From: Candidatus Omnitrophota bacterium
Lineage (GTDB): Bacteria > Omnitrophota > Gorgyraeia > Velamenicoccales > JABMQK01
DNA length: 64,000 bases
Direction: 5' to 3'
NCBI GenBank assembly: GCA_028711115.1
Contig: JAQTSV010000001.1
Coordinates: forward strand, 582,032 to 646,031
Notes under the pieces: model-generated
What the model was told of the DNA's origin: nothing
The model's input: the letters and a program-made list of their open reading frames with translations, nothing else
Databases searched by the model: none
Part shown: piece after piece, positions 63,569-64,000 of the stretch
How the letters are laid out: each line of letters starts with the position of its first letter
Position numbering within the stretch: position 1 is the stretch's first letter
Position numbers and translations under genes: made by a program

Positions 63569-63937
63569 ATGGCAAACAAAAAAATTCTCGTAGTTGACGA
63601 TGAAGTTCAACTGGTAGATATGATGAAATTGAGATTAGAGGCAAATAATTATGATGTCATTGCCGCTTATGATGGTCAGGAAGGATTAGATAAGGCCCGT
63701 AAGGAAAAACCAGACCTGATAATCCTTGATCTCATGCTTCCTAAAATCGACGGTTATAAAGTCTGCAGAATGCTTAAATTCGACGAGAAGTATAAGAAAA
63801 TTCCTATTATAATGTTTACTGCCCGCGCACAGGCAGAAGATGAAAAAGTAGGAATGGAAGTGGGTGCCGATGCCTATGTTACCAAGCCGTTCGAACCCCA
63901 GGTTTTATTAGGCAAGATTAAAGAACTCATACATTAA
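63569..63937 (+). CDS. Single-domain response regulator (receiver)
   Basis: Strong SD (AAGAGGAGGGGG). VDDE, ILDLMLPKIDG, FTA and TKPF. Confidence 0.88.
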   Translation: MANKKILVVDDEVQLVDMMKLRLEANNYDVIAAYDGQEGLDKARKEKPDLIILDLMLPKIDGYKVCRMLKFDEKYKKIPIIMFTARAQAEDEKVGMEVGADAYVTKPFEPQVLLGKIKELIH

Positions 63938-64000
63938 TCAGGCACTGGTTTATGAATCCGGGCGTTTTTATTGCGGGGACATTTACCTTTCGATAATAAT

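Noticed and set aside
49844-63937. Reading the pilus locus as a type II secretion system.
   Set aside because: The presence of PilM (fused to PilN), PilO and a PilX-type protein, and the absence of GspC/GspL/GspM-like genes, favour a type IV pilus. The PulG-like look of the major pilin keeps some ambiguity, noted in the findings.
1-64000. Search for tRNA/rRNA genes, CRISPR arrays, IS or transposase genes, integrases, and phage or defence-system genes.
   Set aside because: None found by eye. There are no spaced direct repeats, no tRNA-like T-loop (GGTTCGAATCC-type) in the intergenic gaps, and no transposase, integrase or restriction-type motifs in any ORF.

Overview
AT-rich 64-kb bacterial window, probably from an anaerobic fermentative organism (lineage cannot be established here). 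It is gene-dense: about 70 protein-coding genes, and every credible one is on the + strand. Many gene junctions overlap as ATGA or TGATG. I found no rRNA, tRNA, CRISPR array, IS element or prophage signature.

Gene content in order:
- 5'-truncated TrkH/KtrB K+ transporter.
- Two exported cysteine-rich mini-proteins.
- A clear TPP riboswitch with a terminator platform, in front of a lone PurM-superfamily (AIR-synthase-related) gene.
- A secreted protein made of two tandem beta-sandwich or CBM-like modules.
- An AbrB-led TolC/MacA/MacB efflux operon.
- The carboxynorspermidine polyamine pair.
- A DEAD-box helicase with a structured leader.
- An orphan GMP-synthase ATP-PPase subunit.
- An 11-gene membrane-bound group-4 [NiFe]-hydrogenase with three antiporter-like subunits (17.6-27.0 kb).
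- Two CDA-fold nucleobase deaminases.
- An Fe-S protein next to an ACR3 arsenite carrier.
- A PIG-L deacetylase next to a GT-C/TPR membrane glycosyltransferase.
- A long housekeeping run: trxA, pta, ackA, panD, def, lipA, trxB, GTP-PEPCK.
- A tightly coupled NYN / DUF523 / MBL trio.
- A fused GT4-GT9 glycosyltransferase.
- osmC, an RluA-family synthase and tal.
- A two-component-flanked type IV pilus locus (49.8-63.9 kb): PilB, PilC, pilins, a second GT-C/TPR paralog directly after the major pilin, a large PilX-like protein, a PilM-PilN fusion and PilO.

Most interesting candidates:
1. The complex-I-shaped hydrogenase.
2. The TPP-riboswitch-controlled orphan PurM-like gene.
3. The exported metallothionein-like peptide pair.
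4. The pilin-adjacent GT-C/TPR gene, a putative pilin glycosyltransferase.
5. The Cys/His mini-ORF that appears translationally coupled to the helicase.
6. The Fe-S protein/ACR3 pair.

All functional calls rest on motifs I recognise by eye. No database search was run.
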